Shown here: piece by piece, positions 27,179 to 37,249 of the stretch
Position numbering within the stretch: the stretch's first letter is position 1
Layout of the letters: every line of letters begins with the position of its first letter
Assembly: GCA_045105235.1 (NCBI GenBank)
Contig: JBGCDH010000023.1
Span: 21,749 to 85,748 of the forward strand
DNA: 64,000 nt
Direction: 5' to 3'
From: Planctomycetota bacterium
GTDB lineage: Bacteria; Planctomycetota; UBA1135; UBA2386
Made by a program: the position numbers and the translations under genes
The notes under the pieces: model-generated
The model's database searches: none
Told to the model about the DNA's origin: nothing
The model's input: the letters and a program-made list of their open reading frames with translations, nothing else

Positions 27179-28104
27179 GCCGCAACGATCGGCAAGTGGT
27201 CCTGCAAACGAGGCTGGGCGACGACATCGGCGCCGCCGCGGATCGCCGCGGATTCGGCAAACGGCCAGCGGCGCAGCAGCGCGCCGGTCTCGGCAAACAT
27301 GCGATCCTGCTGACGACGCAAACGCTGCAGCTGCCGCCGCAACTCGCTGCGAAGCTCGGCGTCGATCGGCACCGACAGCGCTTCTCCGCTTACCGGATCG
27401 GCGACCTGCAGATAGCCGCTGGCGGGCGGTTCGTCGTCATCCACGATGCTCGGCACCCAGCCGGTGACCTTGATGCCGCGGCGACGAAGCTGCAGCAGCG
27501 GCAGGACAAACTCCGTCGGCCGGGCAAAGTCAGAGATCCAGTGCACGCGCTGGATCGCGTCGCCGTGCATGGCCAGCGCGGCGGCCTGGGCCGGCTGCGA
27601 CTCCGCAAACGGCAGCGCCTCGAGGTGCTGCAGGAGCCGCCCGAGCTGCGACTGGCCGGTGAAGCGTGCGTTCGCCAGCCCGGTGTGTGGCGCAACAATC
27701 GCCACGCCATCGAGACGCGTCAGCGCGAGCGAGCCAATGACCGCGGCCAGCCGCAGCATGCCGAGGCGGCGCGGGGGATCGCCGCACAGAAGCCGCGGCG
27801 ACAGGTCGAGCACCACGGTGACGGCCCGACGGTCTTCTTCCTGCAGCTGCTTGATGTAGAGCTCGCCGGTGCGCGCATACGCGGCCCAGTCCAAGTGGCG
27901 CAGGTCGTCGCCACGCTCATACGGACGGTGGCCGACAAACGTGCCGCTCTGGCTGAGCAGGGCCCGGCGCGCGCGCAGGTGTTCGGCGCGGCCCGCGTCG
28001 ATGGTGCCACGCGTCGCACACAGCCGCGGCAACAGCGCCCGGAACCCGTCCGTGAACGGGCGCGGGGAATCTGGCGGCTGCAGCGTACGCCGAGAGACCG
28101 CCAC
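27166..28104 (-). CDS. DUF58 domain protein
   Basis: FVGHRPYERGDDLRHLDWAAYARTGELYIKQ, VVLDLS, WISDF; GTG start 1 nt after the upstream stop. Confidence 0.88.
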   Translation of the reverse strand: MAVSRRTLQPPDSPRPFTDGFRALLPRLCATRGTIDAGRAEHLRARRALLSQSGTFVGHRPYERGDDLRHLDWAAYARTGELYIKQLQEEDRRAVTVVLDLSPRLLCGDPPRRLGMLRLAAVIGSLALTRLDGVAIVAPHTGLANARFTGQSQLGRLLQHLEALPFAESQPAQAAALAMHGDAIQRVHWISDFARPTEFVLPLLQLRRRGIKVTGWVPSIVDDDEPPASGYLQVADPVSGEALSVPIDAELRSELRRQLQRLRRQQDRMFAETGALLRRWPFAESAAIRGGADVVAQPRLQDHLPIVAACSR

Positions 28105-28105
28105 G

Positions 28106-29413
28106 TCAGCGCCCCCCGCCGGTCTTGTCGGTCTTGCCGGTCTTGGCTTCGAGCTTTTGCTCTGGCGCGTTCTCCTGCCCGTCTCCGGCTGGCGCAGAAA
28201 CCTGCTTGGCGCGCTGCCGCAGACGGTCGAAGAACCGGCGCACGATCCCCCGCTCGGCCTCGGGCACGTGACGGGAGCGAACCGCGCGCTCGGCCGCTCG
28301 TTCGAAATCGGGCGGCGGCGGCGGCGCCGCTGCGCCTCCGCCCGCTGCACCTCCGCCGGCTGCCCCGCCTTGCCGAGACTCGGTTCGCGCTTGGGCCATT
28401 TGTGGGCCGGACGACGGGGCAGAGGAACCGCCCGAAAGCCGCGCGCGCTCCATCTCCGCGACATGCATGCGCGCGCGCCGCGTGGGCCCATCGCCAACAA
28501 AGTCCGGCAGGACAAAGTGACGATCGTCGTCGACTTCGAGCAGGGGCGGCACTTCGGGCGGCGTCGCCTCGTCGCCTGCCGCGGGGTCTGGCTGCGGTGG
28601 ATTCGACGGCGGTGCATCGACGGGCTGCCCCTGCTCCGGTGGACCATCCGGCTGGCTGTCGCCGCTGCCATCGCCTTCCGAACCATCGCCTTCGGAGGTA
28701 TCGCTCGCACCCGCCCCCGCCTGCGAAGACCCACTGCCGCCGCCCGCACGCGGCTGGTCTGCGCGGCCGCCGAGCGCACCGTCCCACCATGGCGCGAGCA
28801 GCGTTGCCAGCAGCCACGCCAATAGCAGCATCAGCAGGACCGGCACGAGCCATCGCCAACGGCCGAGCGTCGGCCGCGCGGACTGGGCGAGTGCCCGGCG
28901 CACCTCGGGGCCGAGGCGGTCGTGCAGGTCGCGCTCCAGCCAGTGAAGCATGCCGCGCTGGGACGCGGTCACCGACCGCGCATCGGCATCGAGTTCGGCC
29001 CACGTGCGCAGCTCGTCGGCAACCAGCGTAGCGCCAGGAGAAGCCGCAGCCTCGGTGCCGTCTTTCGCTTTTGCCGCCGCATCCCGCAGCGACGCGTGCT
29101 CAAACGTGTGCAGCGCGCGCCGGCTTTGCCACAGCGCACGGACTGCGGAGTAGGCGGAAACACCGGCGAGCGCCGCGAGGCATGCGGTCGTCAGGGTCGA
29201 GCGATACCACGGCAGCCACCAAGCGACCAGCACCCACGGCAGCGCGAGCAGCAGCCCCCAGCGCAGAACCGCGGCGACAACCGATTGGGCGATGTGGCGA
29301 CGACGCACGCCGCGAGCAAAGCGCCGCAGCGCCGGCGCACGCGACACAGCGCTGCGCTCCGGATCAGGCAAGCGACCCGGCGACGGGTCGAGCGTCGCAG
29401 AAACACCACTCAC
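28106..29413 (-). CDS. Hypothetical membrane protein with low-complexity linker
   Basis: Three hydrophobic segments; C-terminal AERAV...VP..ER.IVRRFF motif typical of DUF58/vWA clusters; start uncertain. Confidence 0.65.
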   Translation of the reverse strand: MSGVSATLDPSPGRLPDPERSAVSRAPALRRFARGVRRRHIAQSVVAAVLRWGLLLALPWVLVAWWLPWYRSTLTTACLAALAGVSAYSAVRALWQSRRALHTFEHASLRDAAAKAKDGTEAAASPGATLVADELRTWAELDADARSVTASQRGMLHWLERDLHDRLGPEVRRALAQSARPTLGRWRWLVPVLLMLLLAWLLATLLAPWWDGALGGRADQPRAGGGSGSSQAGAGASDTSEGDGSEGDGSGDSQPDGPPEQGQPVDAPPSNPPQPDPAAGDEATPPEVPPLLEVDDDRHFVLPDFVGDGPTRRARMHVAEMERARLSGGSSAPSSGPQMAQARTESRQGGAAGGGAAGGGAAAPPPPPDFERAAERAVRSRHVPEAERGIVRRFFDRLRQRAKQVSAPAGDGQENAPEQKLEAKTGKTDKTGGGR

Positions 29414-29678
29414 AGCCCAATCATGGGCCTTCGCCGCCGCGAAGAAAACGGTCGGGGCGGGAGCAACGCACCCCCGCCCCAACCAACTCAGAAGGAGGAG
29501 AGGCTGGAATCTTCGGCTGCGCGCTTTGCTTGCCACGGCGATGACGCCGCACGGCCGGCCAAAGGCGCGGATCGGAGCGGCCGCGAATGCGCTGCCAGGG
29601 CTCCTTGGCGCACGTTCTCGGGACGAGACGGCTGTAGCGATTCCCTACAGCCTCCATCTCGCCACCTCAGCCGGGCCG

Positions 29679-30815
29679 TTACTTCTTCGGGTCGAACAGC
29701 CGCTGCGCCGTGTCGAGCTCAAACTGCGTGACGATGGCCGGCGACAGCGTCAGCAAAAACTCTGACTCGCTGCAGCTCGCGTAGAACTCGTTGCGGCCGG
29801 CGACGCGGCGGCCGATGTGCAGCTGGATCTTGCGGATCTCGCCGCTGCCGTTCTCGCCGGATGCGACGTCGAGCTCGATGGCGACCTGGGGCGGAAACAG
29901 GCCCAGCGCCGACATGTCGCCGGCACGCGCCAGCGGACGTTCGTAGGCCTGCACGGCCAGATAGCGAAAGCGCTGCACAAGTCCTTCGATCTCGGTTTGC
30001 CGCAGCGCACCCAGATCGTCGGCGCCAGACTCCGCCTCGAAGCTCGCCCGGTTGAGGCCGCGCGCAAAAACGAAGGTCTTGCTGCCGCTCGCGGCGTTGC
30101 GGATCGACAGGCGCCGCACGCGATCGGGCTCGACCCGCAGCAGCGTGCGGTCGAGCCAGCGGGTCACGTCGATGTCGCGCCGCCAGGGCTTCTGCCACTC
30201 GTAGAGCACGACGTCGCGGCTTTGGCGCTGGCGCACAAAGACGCCACGCACGGCTTCGGTGCCGACCTGGCCGGTGCCCGCGTCGCTGCCGACCAGGATC
30301 TCGGCGACGATGCCACGGCCGCCCTTGTCCGTGGTCCGGATCAACATCGCGTGCGCGTCGTCGAGCCCATACTGCGCGAGCTGCTCGTCGGTCGCGTTGG
30401 GCTGCACGAGCGTCTCTGGATCGCTGCGGATCGTGCGCAGATGTTCAAACACGTCGTTGTCGACGCGCGACGTCATCACCGGAGCACCGGCAAGTTCGTT
30501 GGGTGCATCGCCAAGCTGACCGATGCGCCAGCCGCCATCGAAACGCTGCAGCACCAGCTGGTCGTAGGCGATCTGGCCGGCTGCGCTACCGGCTGCGCCA
30601 GCTGCTGCGTCGGGCGCCGGCTGCTCGGGCTGGTCGGCCTTCGGCACCGCCAGCAACACGGCGCCAACGTTGTCGGTCGTAAAGCCCTCAAACATGCGCG
30701 GCACGCGCGCGAGGTCGACAAACGTATCCGCGTCCGCATTCAGCTGCAGCCAGGTAGGCACAGCCAGCACGGCGGCGAGCGCCGCGAGGGCGACATTGCG
30801 AGACGTCATGTTCAT
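29679..30815 (-). CDS. DUF4340-like exported protein
   Basis: N-terminal TM, repeated L..YGL/LGL.PP motifs, located after a GldG-like gene. Confidence 0.7.
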   Translation of the reverse strand: MNMTSRNVALAALAAVLAVPTWLQLNADADTFVDLARVPRMFEGFTTDNVGAVLLAVPKADQPEQPAPDAAAGAAGSAAGQIAYDQLVLQRFDGGWRIGQLGDAPNELAGAPVMTSRVDNDVFEHLRTIRSDPETLVQPNATDEQLAQYGLDDAHAMLIRTTDKGGRGIVAEILVGSDAGTGQVGTEAVRGVFVRQRQSRDVVLYEWQKPWRRDIDVTRWLDRTLLRVEPDRVRRLSIRNAASGSKTFVFARGLNRASFEAESGADDLGALRQTEIEGLVQRFRYLAVQAYERPLARAGDMSALGLFPPQVAIELDVASGENGSGEIRKIQLHIGRRVAGRNEFYASCSESEFLLTLSPAIVTQFELDTAQRLFDPKK

Positions 30816-30859
30816 GGCGATCCGACTTGCTGGCGAACGGTTTGCTGGCGAGGGGGTAA

Positions 30860-33037
30860 CTAGGACAGCGACGAAAGGAAGGCGCGCTTTTGCGAACGCC
30901 GCACGGCGAAGACCAGCAAACCAAACGCGAGCAGCACGAGCACCGGCACAAGCACGTTGCCGAACACCAGCCAGCCGGTCTTGCTGCGCAGCCGCTGCTC
31001 GTATTCCCGCGGATCCCGGCCGCTGCGCGCCTCGGGATCGACGAGCGTCATCGAACGATCGGTCGCAACCCGCGACTGCAGTTCGACCAGGTCGCGGTCC
31101 TCATTGAGCCAGTCGAGCAGCTGCAGGAAGAACGGCACCGCGCGGCCTCCGGAAACCGGGCCGCCCTGCTGCTGGTAGGCTCCGCGCACGACATCGTCGC
31201 GTAAGAACGTCGCGTCGCCGACGACGACGATGCGCGCAGGAGATGCGGCTTCGGTGAGGGTCGCGCGCTCCTGCGGCGATGCGTCGGCCGATTCGCTTGC
31301 GGCTTGCGGCGAGGACGCCGTCGGCGCCGGCGGGCCAAACTCCTCGGGCGCGGCCTCCTCGGCACCTTCTCCACCCGACTCGATCTTGCCCGGTTCGTCC
31401 GGATTGGCTTGCTGCGGCCCGTCGCCTTCGCGGGCTTCTCGCGCCTCCTTGGCCTTGGCCTGCGAGGGCCGCAGCGGTCGCTCGCGCGTCGCAAAGAACG
31501 ACGTCAGCGGCCCGTTGACCTCGACCATGAGCGGAACCTGCACGCGGGCTTCGGCGCGCAGGCGATCCTGCAGCTTGCGCAAGAAGGTCTCGTACTGGAC
31601 GCGCTGCTGGCGTGGATCGCGACCGATCGGGTTGACGGACTGCGGCGGATCTTCCAGCAGCGCCAGCGGCGACGAGCGCAGCAAAACGCGGCCTTCGACG
31701 CCGTCCGGAAGATCGAGCGCGCCTCCGGTGCGGGTGCGCAGCCCGACCGACGTCGGCCAGTAGAAGCCCGGCGAGCGGCCCAGCAGCTTGAACGCCTGGA
31801 ACAAGAAGTCGTCGCTCGGCATGCCGGGCTTCAGCAGCGCGCGGTACTGGTCGGCCTTGCGCGCATCGACGTTGCCGTCGCGGTCCTTGGCGAGCTGGTC
31901 GGCCACCGTCGACCAGTCGGCCGCCACGGCGTGGAAGAAATACGGGTAGCCCACGCCCTGGTAGCGGTTCTGCCCGGAGCGCTGCGCGACCGGCACCGCA
32001 AAGTATTCGACGGCCTGGCCCATGCGCGTGCCGTAGGCCTGCTGCGCCATGTCGCAGACGAGCTTTTGCTGCCAATCGATGCCGTAGTGGCGCAGCTGAT
32101 CGGCAAACGAAACGGCGCTGCCCTTTTGATCGATCGACAGCGGCATGCGCGTCATCAGTCGCTGCGGCCCGATCGCGTATTCCGCGGCGTCGGCAAACAG
32201 CACCAGCGTGCCGCCCCCCATCAAGAACTGGTCGATGACATACTTCTGCCGGTCGCTGAGCTCCTTGGGACGGAACAAAAACAGCGTATCGACATCAGCG
32301 GGCAGCAGAGCACCGTCCTCATCCTTGAGGTTTTGGAACTCGTAGCGCTTCTTGATGTTTTCTTGGGTGCGCACAAACGACCAGCCAACACCGCCTGGCT
32401 GGCGCCCGCCCACCAGCTGCGCCGGCCATTCGATATAGCCAAACTTGCGCTTCTCGTCCGTCAGCACCTCTTTGATCTTGGGCGTCAGCAGCGCCTCCGC
32501 CAAAAAGGAGCTGCCGGGCACGAAGGACGGAATGACCTCCTGTCGGCCGCCGCCGTAGACGAGCCGCAGCCCCTGCCAGTGCTGGTCGATCGACAGCGAC
32601 GTCGCCGAACGCGACTGCAGGCTGAGCGGCTCGATGCCGAGCCGCGTCGCCTTGTCGGCAATGCCCTTGTCTGAGTTGGGATCGAAGCGCTGCACGACGA
32701 TGCGGCCGTCGCCACGCTGCACAAGTTCGTCGAGGAAGTTGTCGGCCCAGGCGCGGTAGGTGCGATTCTGCACCGGCAGCTGCGCCTTCGGACTGAAGTA
32801 CGCCTCCACCACCAGGCGCTTGTCGAGCTTGTCGAGCACGCGCTGGGTGGACTCCGTCGACGTCCACAGCTGATCCGACGTCAGATCGACGCGGGCGCGG
32901 TAGCGCGACGCCAGGTAGACGACCTGTGCGAGCACGAGCAGCAGCAAGAACGCGTGCAGCAGCGCGCCGAGGGCGGAGCCGCGCTCGTTGGTACGGCTGG
33001 CGAATCGAGTGGATGGCCTGTTGTCTCGCTCGGTCAT
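30860..33037 (-). CDS. GldG-like ABC transporter auxiliary component
   Basis: RVDLT.D..., AYFS, IDQFLM.GG, RIVVVGD..F, LDWL..D..L..L.SR, C-terminal TM. Confidence 0.85.
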   Translation of the reverse strand: MTERDNRPSTRFASRTNERGSALGALLHAFLLLLVLAQVVYLASRYRARVDLTSDQLWTSTESTQRVLDKLDKRLVVEAYFSPKAQLPVQNRTYRAWADNFLDELVQRGDGRIVVQRFDPNSDKGIADKATRLGIEPLSLQSRSATSLSIDQHWQGLRLVYGGGRQEVIPSFVPGSSFLAEALLTPKIKEVLTDEKRKFGYIEWPAQLVGGRQPGGVGWSFVRTQENIKKRYEFQNLKDEDGALLPADVDTLFLFRPKELSDRQKYVIDQFLMGGGTLVLFADAAEYAIGPQRLMTRMPLSIDQKGSAVSFADQLRHYGIDWQQKLVCDMAQQAYGTRMGQAVEYFAVPVAQRSGQNRYQGVGYPYFFHAVAADWSTVADQLAKDRDGNVDARKADQYRALLKPGMPSDDFLFQAFKLLGRSPGFYWPTSVGLRTRTGGALDLPDGVEGRVLLRSSPLALLEDPPQSVNPIGRDPRQQRVQYETFLRKLQDRLRAEARVQVPLMVEVNGPLTSFFATRERPLRPSQAKAKEAREAREGDGPQQANPDEPGKIESGGEGAEEAAPEEFGPPAPTASSPQAASESADASPQERATLTEAASPARIVVVGDATFLRDDVVRGAYQQQGGPVSGGRAVPFFLQLLDWLNEDRDLVELQSRVATDRSMTLVDPEARSGRDPREYEQRLRSKTGWLVFGNVLVPVLVLLAFGLLVFAVRRSQKRAFLSSLS

Positions 33038-33041
33038 CGCA

Positions 33042-33797
33042 TCACCCCTTCGACTGGCGCCGCACTTCGAGCACCAGCACGTTCGCATACAGAAAGAACC
33101 CGCAGAAGCAGGCGAAGTAGACAAAGTCACGCGTGTCGAGCACGCCGCGCTGGATGCTCAGGAAATACTTGTACGGGCTCAGACCATTGAGCACGTCGAC
33201 CAGCACCACCGGCGCCGACGCGGCGACAAATTCTAAGAACGCCGGGTAGCCGAGCAAGAACAGCACCGCAAGCGACACGACCGAGGCGAGCAGCGCCACG
33301 ATCTGATCGCGCGTCATCGACGACCAAAACATGCCGACCGCGACGAAGCTGCCGGCAAACAGCAGCGACGCCAGGTAGCCGGCCAGCACCGGCGGCCAGT
33401 CGAGTGCGCCGTAGGCGCCGAGCGTCATCGGCAGGCCAAGCGTCAGCACCAGCACAAACGCCAAGTAGACGAGCACGGCGGCAAACTTGCCGAGCACCAC
33501 CTGCGAAGGCCGCACCGGAAACGTCAGCAGCAGCTCGATGGTGCCGAGCTTGCGCTCTTCGGCCCACAGCCTCATCGTCAGACCCGGCAAGAACAGCAGG
33601 CACAGCCACGGCAGGTTGGCGAAGAACGGGTCCATGCGCGCCGGCGCGCCGTGGGCGATGCCCGACTGCGCCGACAGGTAGAGCAACACGCCGAGGAACA
33701 AGCCGCCGAACACGTAGGCGATCGGCGACAAAAAGTAGCTCTTCAGCTCGCGGCGAAAGACCACCCGCGACGAGCGGCCGAATAGGGCACTAAGCAT
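33042..33797 (-). CDS. ABC-2 permease (GldF-like)
   Basis: RRELKSYF.SPIAYV, TMRLWAEERKLGTIELLLT.P, GKF. Confidence 0.9.
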   Translation of the reverse strand: MLSALFGRSSRVVFRRELKSYFLSPIAYVFGGLFLGVLLYLSAQSGIAHGAPARMDPFFANLPWLCLLFLPGLTMRLWAEERKLGTIELLLTFPVRPSQVVLGKFAAVLVYLAFVLVLTLGLPMTLGAYGALDWPPVLAGYLASLLFAGSFVAVGMFWSSMTRDQIVALLASVVSLAVLFLLGYPAFLEFVAASAPVVLVDVLNGLSPYKYFLSIQRGVLDTRDFVYFACFCGFFLYANVLVLEVRRQSKG

Positions 33798-34839
33798 CGT
33801 GGGCCTCCTCGGCCTCCCCGGCAGATTTCGCTGCAGATTTCGCGGGCCGATTCATGGGCGCCGCCGCATCCGTCGTCAGCGTCAGCTCGCGAAACACATC
33901 TTCGAGCGTGGCCGCCTCGCGCTGCAGCGACAGCAGGTCCCAGCCGTTTTTGACGACCAGTCGCGCCACCGATTCGTCGACCGCGGCCGGCAGCCGCGCC
34001 GCGTCGATGCGGAACAGCAGGCCCTCTTCGCTGGCCGTGTTGCGGCCGCCGGCGCCAGCGGGCGCGGCAACCGGCGTGGACTCAATCGTCACGTCCCCCG
34101 GCAGCAGCTCGCGCAGCTGACCGAGCACCGCCGCCTCGGGGCCGCGCACGCGCGCAAACAGGCCGCGGCTCGGCTGGCGCGCCACCAGCTGGTCGTGCGT
34201 GCCGTCGGCCACGATCTCTCCCTGCCGCACGATGATGACGCGCGAGCAGGTCTTTTCGACTTCCTGCAGGTAGTGCGTGCTGAGCACGACCGTGTGCTCT
34301 TCGCCGAGACGTTCGATGAGCCTGCGCACCTCGACGATCTGGTTGGGATCGAGGCCGGACGTCGGCTCGTCGAGGATCAAAACCGGCGGCTCGTGCACGA
34401 TCGCCTGCGCCAGGCCGACGCGCTGTTTGAACCCTTTGGACAGCTCGACGATGTTTTTGCCGGTGACGCGTCCGAGCCCGCACAGCGAGACGGCGCGCGC
34501 AATCGCCGACGCGCGATCACGGCGAGCGACGCCGCGAATGTCGGCGACAAACGCCAGGTAGTCGTCGACGCGCATGTCGGTGTAGAGCGGCGTGCTCTCC
34601 GGCAAGTAGCCGACGCGCGCCCGCACCTGCAGCGAATCGTGCACGCAGTCGAGTCCATCGACGCGCGCAGCTCCCGATGTTGGCATGAGGTAGCCGGTCA
34701 GGATCTTCATGGTCGTGGACTTCCCGGCCCCGTTGGGCCCGAGAAAACCAACCACTTCACCCTTCTGCACCCCAAACGAAACGCCCTTGAGCGCTCGTGC
34801 CAACCCATAGCTCTTGGTGAGCTGTTCGACTTCGATCAT
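33790..34839 (-). CDS. ABC transporter ATP-binding protein (GldA-like)
   Basis: GPNGAGKST, LSKGFKQRVGLAQA, ILDEPT, STH. Confidence 0.93.
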   Translation of the reverse strand: MIEVEQLTKSYGLARALKGVSFGVQKGEVVGFLGPNGAGKSTTMKILTGYLMPTSGAARVDGLDCVHDSLQVRARVGYLPESTPLYTDMRVDDYLAFVADIRGVARRDRASAIARAVSLCGLGRVTGKNIVELSKGFKQRVGLAQAIVHEPPVLILDEPTSGLDPNQIVEVRRLIERLGEEHTVVLSTHYLQEVEKTCSRVIIVRQGEIVADGTHDQLVARQPSRGLFARVRGPEAAVLGQLRELLPGDVTIESTPVAAPAGAGGRNTASEEGLLFRIDAARLPAAVDESVARLVVKNGWDLLSLQREAATLEDVFRELTLTTDAAAPMNRPAKSAAKSAGEAEEAHDA

Positions 34840-35033
34840 GTCAACGGCTGCCGTTCGTCGGAGACGCTAGCCAAGCTACGCCGGCAGGCAACGGCGAAGA
34901 ACCGTCGCTGTCGGCCATGGAAGAGGCCCCGCGAAGAAGAGGCCCCGCGGAAGAGACCTGTGAGCGGCCTCTACGCCACGCCACGCCAGTCGTCCGGGGC
35001 GGACAAAACCAGCGAAGGCCGCAAGAGGACCAC

Positions 35034-36389
35034 CTACTCTTCGAGGCGGAAGCTGTCGAGAAACTCCTGATTCGTATCCGTCCTCATCAGGCGGTCGATC
35101 AGCAGCGGCATCGCGTCTAGCGCGTTCATCCGGCCAAGCACGCGCCGCAACGTGTAGAGGCGCTTGGTGACATCGTCGCCGAGCAGCAGCTCTTCCTTGC
35201 GGGTGCCCGACATCTCGATATCGATCGCCGGGTAGATGCGGCGCTCGGCGAGCTGACGGTTGAGCACGAGCTCCTGGTTGCCGGTGCCTTTGAACTCTTC
35301 AAAGATCACCTGGTCCATGCGCGAGCCGGTGTCGACCAGCGTCGTGCCGAGGATCGTCAGCGAGCCCCCCTCCTCACAGTTGCGCGCCGCACCGAAGAAC
35401 TTCTTCGGAATCTCGAGCACCTTGGCGCCGATACCGCCCGACATCGTGCTGCCACCGCGGCCGCCGAGGGACGAGTTGTAGGCACGCGTCATGCGCGTGA
35501 TCGAGTCGAGCAGGATGACGACATCCTTGCCGGTCTCGACGAGGCGCTGCGCGCGCTTCATGCAGATCTCGGAAACGGCAACGTGGTTTTTCGGGCCCTC
35601 GTCGAGCGTCGAGACCAGCACTTCGCGGTTTTCGCCCGAGACGCTGCGCTTCCAGCCGGTCGCCTCTTCGGGCCGCTCGTCGATGAGCAGCACGATCAGG
35701 TGCACGTCGGGATAGTGTTCGCTGATCGCGCCGCAAATCTGCTGCATCAGCACGGTCTTGCCCGAGCGCGGCGGCGCGACCACGAGGCCGCGCGTGCCAT
35801 AGCCGATCGGGCAAAGCAGGTCCACGATGCGCAGCGAGACGTTTTCGTCGTTGCCCGGAGCGAGCACAAACTGCGGCTCCGGATCGACGACCGTCATGTG
35901 CCGGAACTGCGGTAGCTCGCGGCGCTCCGCCGGATCCATGCCATCGACTTTTTCGACCTCGGCGAGCGTATGGCGCTGCGGACCGCGGCTCGGCAGGCCG
36001 GCTTGGCCCGCGATCTCGCTGCCTTCCTGCAGGCGATGCAGCCGAATCAATGCCGACGGGACGAAGACGTCGCCGTTCGGGATCGAGTCGGGCATGTAGC
36101 TGTTGATGCGCTGCCGCAGCCAGCCGTTGCCCTCCTTGGTGTATTCGAGAACGCCGGAGGCTGCTTCGGTCGGTCCGTCGACGGGGTAACTGCCGCCGCC
36201 GCCGCCGCCGCCGCCATTGCCGCCGCCGCCTCCGCCGCCTCCGCCTCCGCCGTTTTCACCGCCGCCGCCGCCGCCGCCGCCGCCGCGACGACGACGCCGC
36301 CGCCGGCCACCACGCCGCCACTTGCGATCCTGGCCGCCCCCTTGGTCAGGGTCAGCTCCACTACCGAACTCGTTATCGGACATCGTCAT
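35034..36389 (-). CDS. rho: Transcription termination factor Rho with Arg/Gly-rich N-terminal tail
   Basis: OB domain G.LE...G.G.LR, PPRSGKT, LLIDERPEE, LDSITR, FEEFKGTGN, SGTRKEELL. Confidence 0.95.
   Translation of the reverse strand: MTMSDNEFGSGADPDQGGGQDRKWRRGGRRRRRRRGGGGGGGGGENGGGGGGGGGGGNGGGGGGGGSYPVDGPTEAASGVLEYTKEGNGWLRQRINSYMPDSIPNGDVFVPSALIRLHRLQEGSEIAGQAGLPSRGPQRHTLAEVEKVDGMDPAERRELPQFRHMTVVDPEPQFVLAPGNDENVSLRIVDLLCPIGYGTRGLVVAPPRSGKTVLMQQICGAISEHYPDVHLIVLLIDERPEEATGWKRSVSGENREVLVSTLDEGPKNHVAVSEICMKRAQRLVETGKDVVILLDSITRMTRAYNSSLGGRGGSTMSGGIGAKVLEIPKKFFGAARNCEEGGSLTILGTTLVDTGSRMDQVIFEEFKGTGNQELVLNRQLAERRIYPAIDIEMSGTRKEELLLGDDVTKRLYTLRRVLGRMNALDAMPLLIDRLMRTDTNQEFLDSFRLEE
36191..36315. 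repeat. (GCC)n trinucleotide tracts encoding poly-Gly/poly-Arg of Rho
   Basis: Runs of gccgccgcc in the rho 5' region. Confidence 0.85.
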
Positions 36390-37249
36390 GCGCTGCACGC
36401 GAGGGATGCGCCGGCGCACCCGAAGAGGGCGCCTGGCTGGCTAAATTTCCGACGGTTTTCGTCGGACGGAAGTCGTTGGGCTTCGATCCGCATCTCAATG
36501 TGATCGACGTGCTGGGCACGCCACGGATTCCTGCCAAGACCACGATCGCCAGGGACATCCCCAGCCGTGTCTCGGTCAGGTGTACCGCCCCCGCGAAGCC
36601 TCCAAAGACGGAGCCTGCGCAGCAAACGGTAGGATTCGGAACGGGGTCCTCGGAATCCGGGATCCTCGAGCGTCCACGTCATCGGAGAGAGCCGACGAGC
36701 TACAACGCGCGGGAACCTAGGGTTCCGACCGCGCTCACCTCAAATCTGCAGAACATGCAGCGAGCAGGCTCGATGCGGTGCAGGTCGGGATGGGCCGTTC
36801 CGAAGGCTCTTCCCAGAGGCGAGGTCCGGCAGCCATGTTGCGAGACAAGGCTCCTGGACGGGCGCGGACCGTAGCGGCCCACAACAACGAGCGCAAGCCA
36901 CCAAATCGGATTTCTAGACGGCGCCGACGGACAGATCCCGCGCGATCCGGAGCCATTGCAGCCAGTTCCTCGCGAAAGAAGCTCTATTCCTCGCGAGTAT
37001 TTCACCGCGGATGGGAGATCGAGAAGAGGCATTTTCCGCCCCTATTCGGGACCTTCGCCAGCCCACAAGGCGCTTCTCAGCCTAGGCTTCTTGCACGGTG
37101 AGGAGGATGCTGCATTGCCCTGCACCGTTCGGTGCGCTATCCACCGTGCCCTGCGATCGGCCGTTCGCATTCAACCTTGCGGCCACCGAACACCGAAGAG
37201 ACACGCAGTGGGCACCAGGTCGCCCGCCGCTTTCGAACCGACCGCGAAG

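Noticed and set aside
27166-28779. Long N-terminal extensions in the ORF track for DUF58 (also pgi, HD-GYP, murA, clpP, cheB, tusA)
   Set aside because: The extensions overlap neighbouring genes; better starts lie at coupled or RBS-supported codons downstream
36390-37249. tRNA, tmRNA or RNase P RNA in the rho-clpP gap
   Set aside because: No GGTTCRANTCC T-arm and no GAGGAAAGTCC motif seen on either strand
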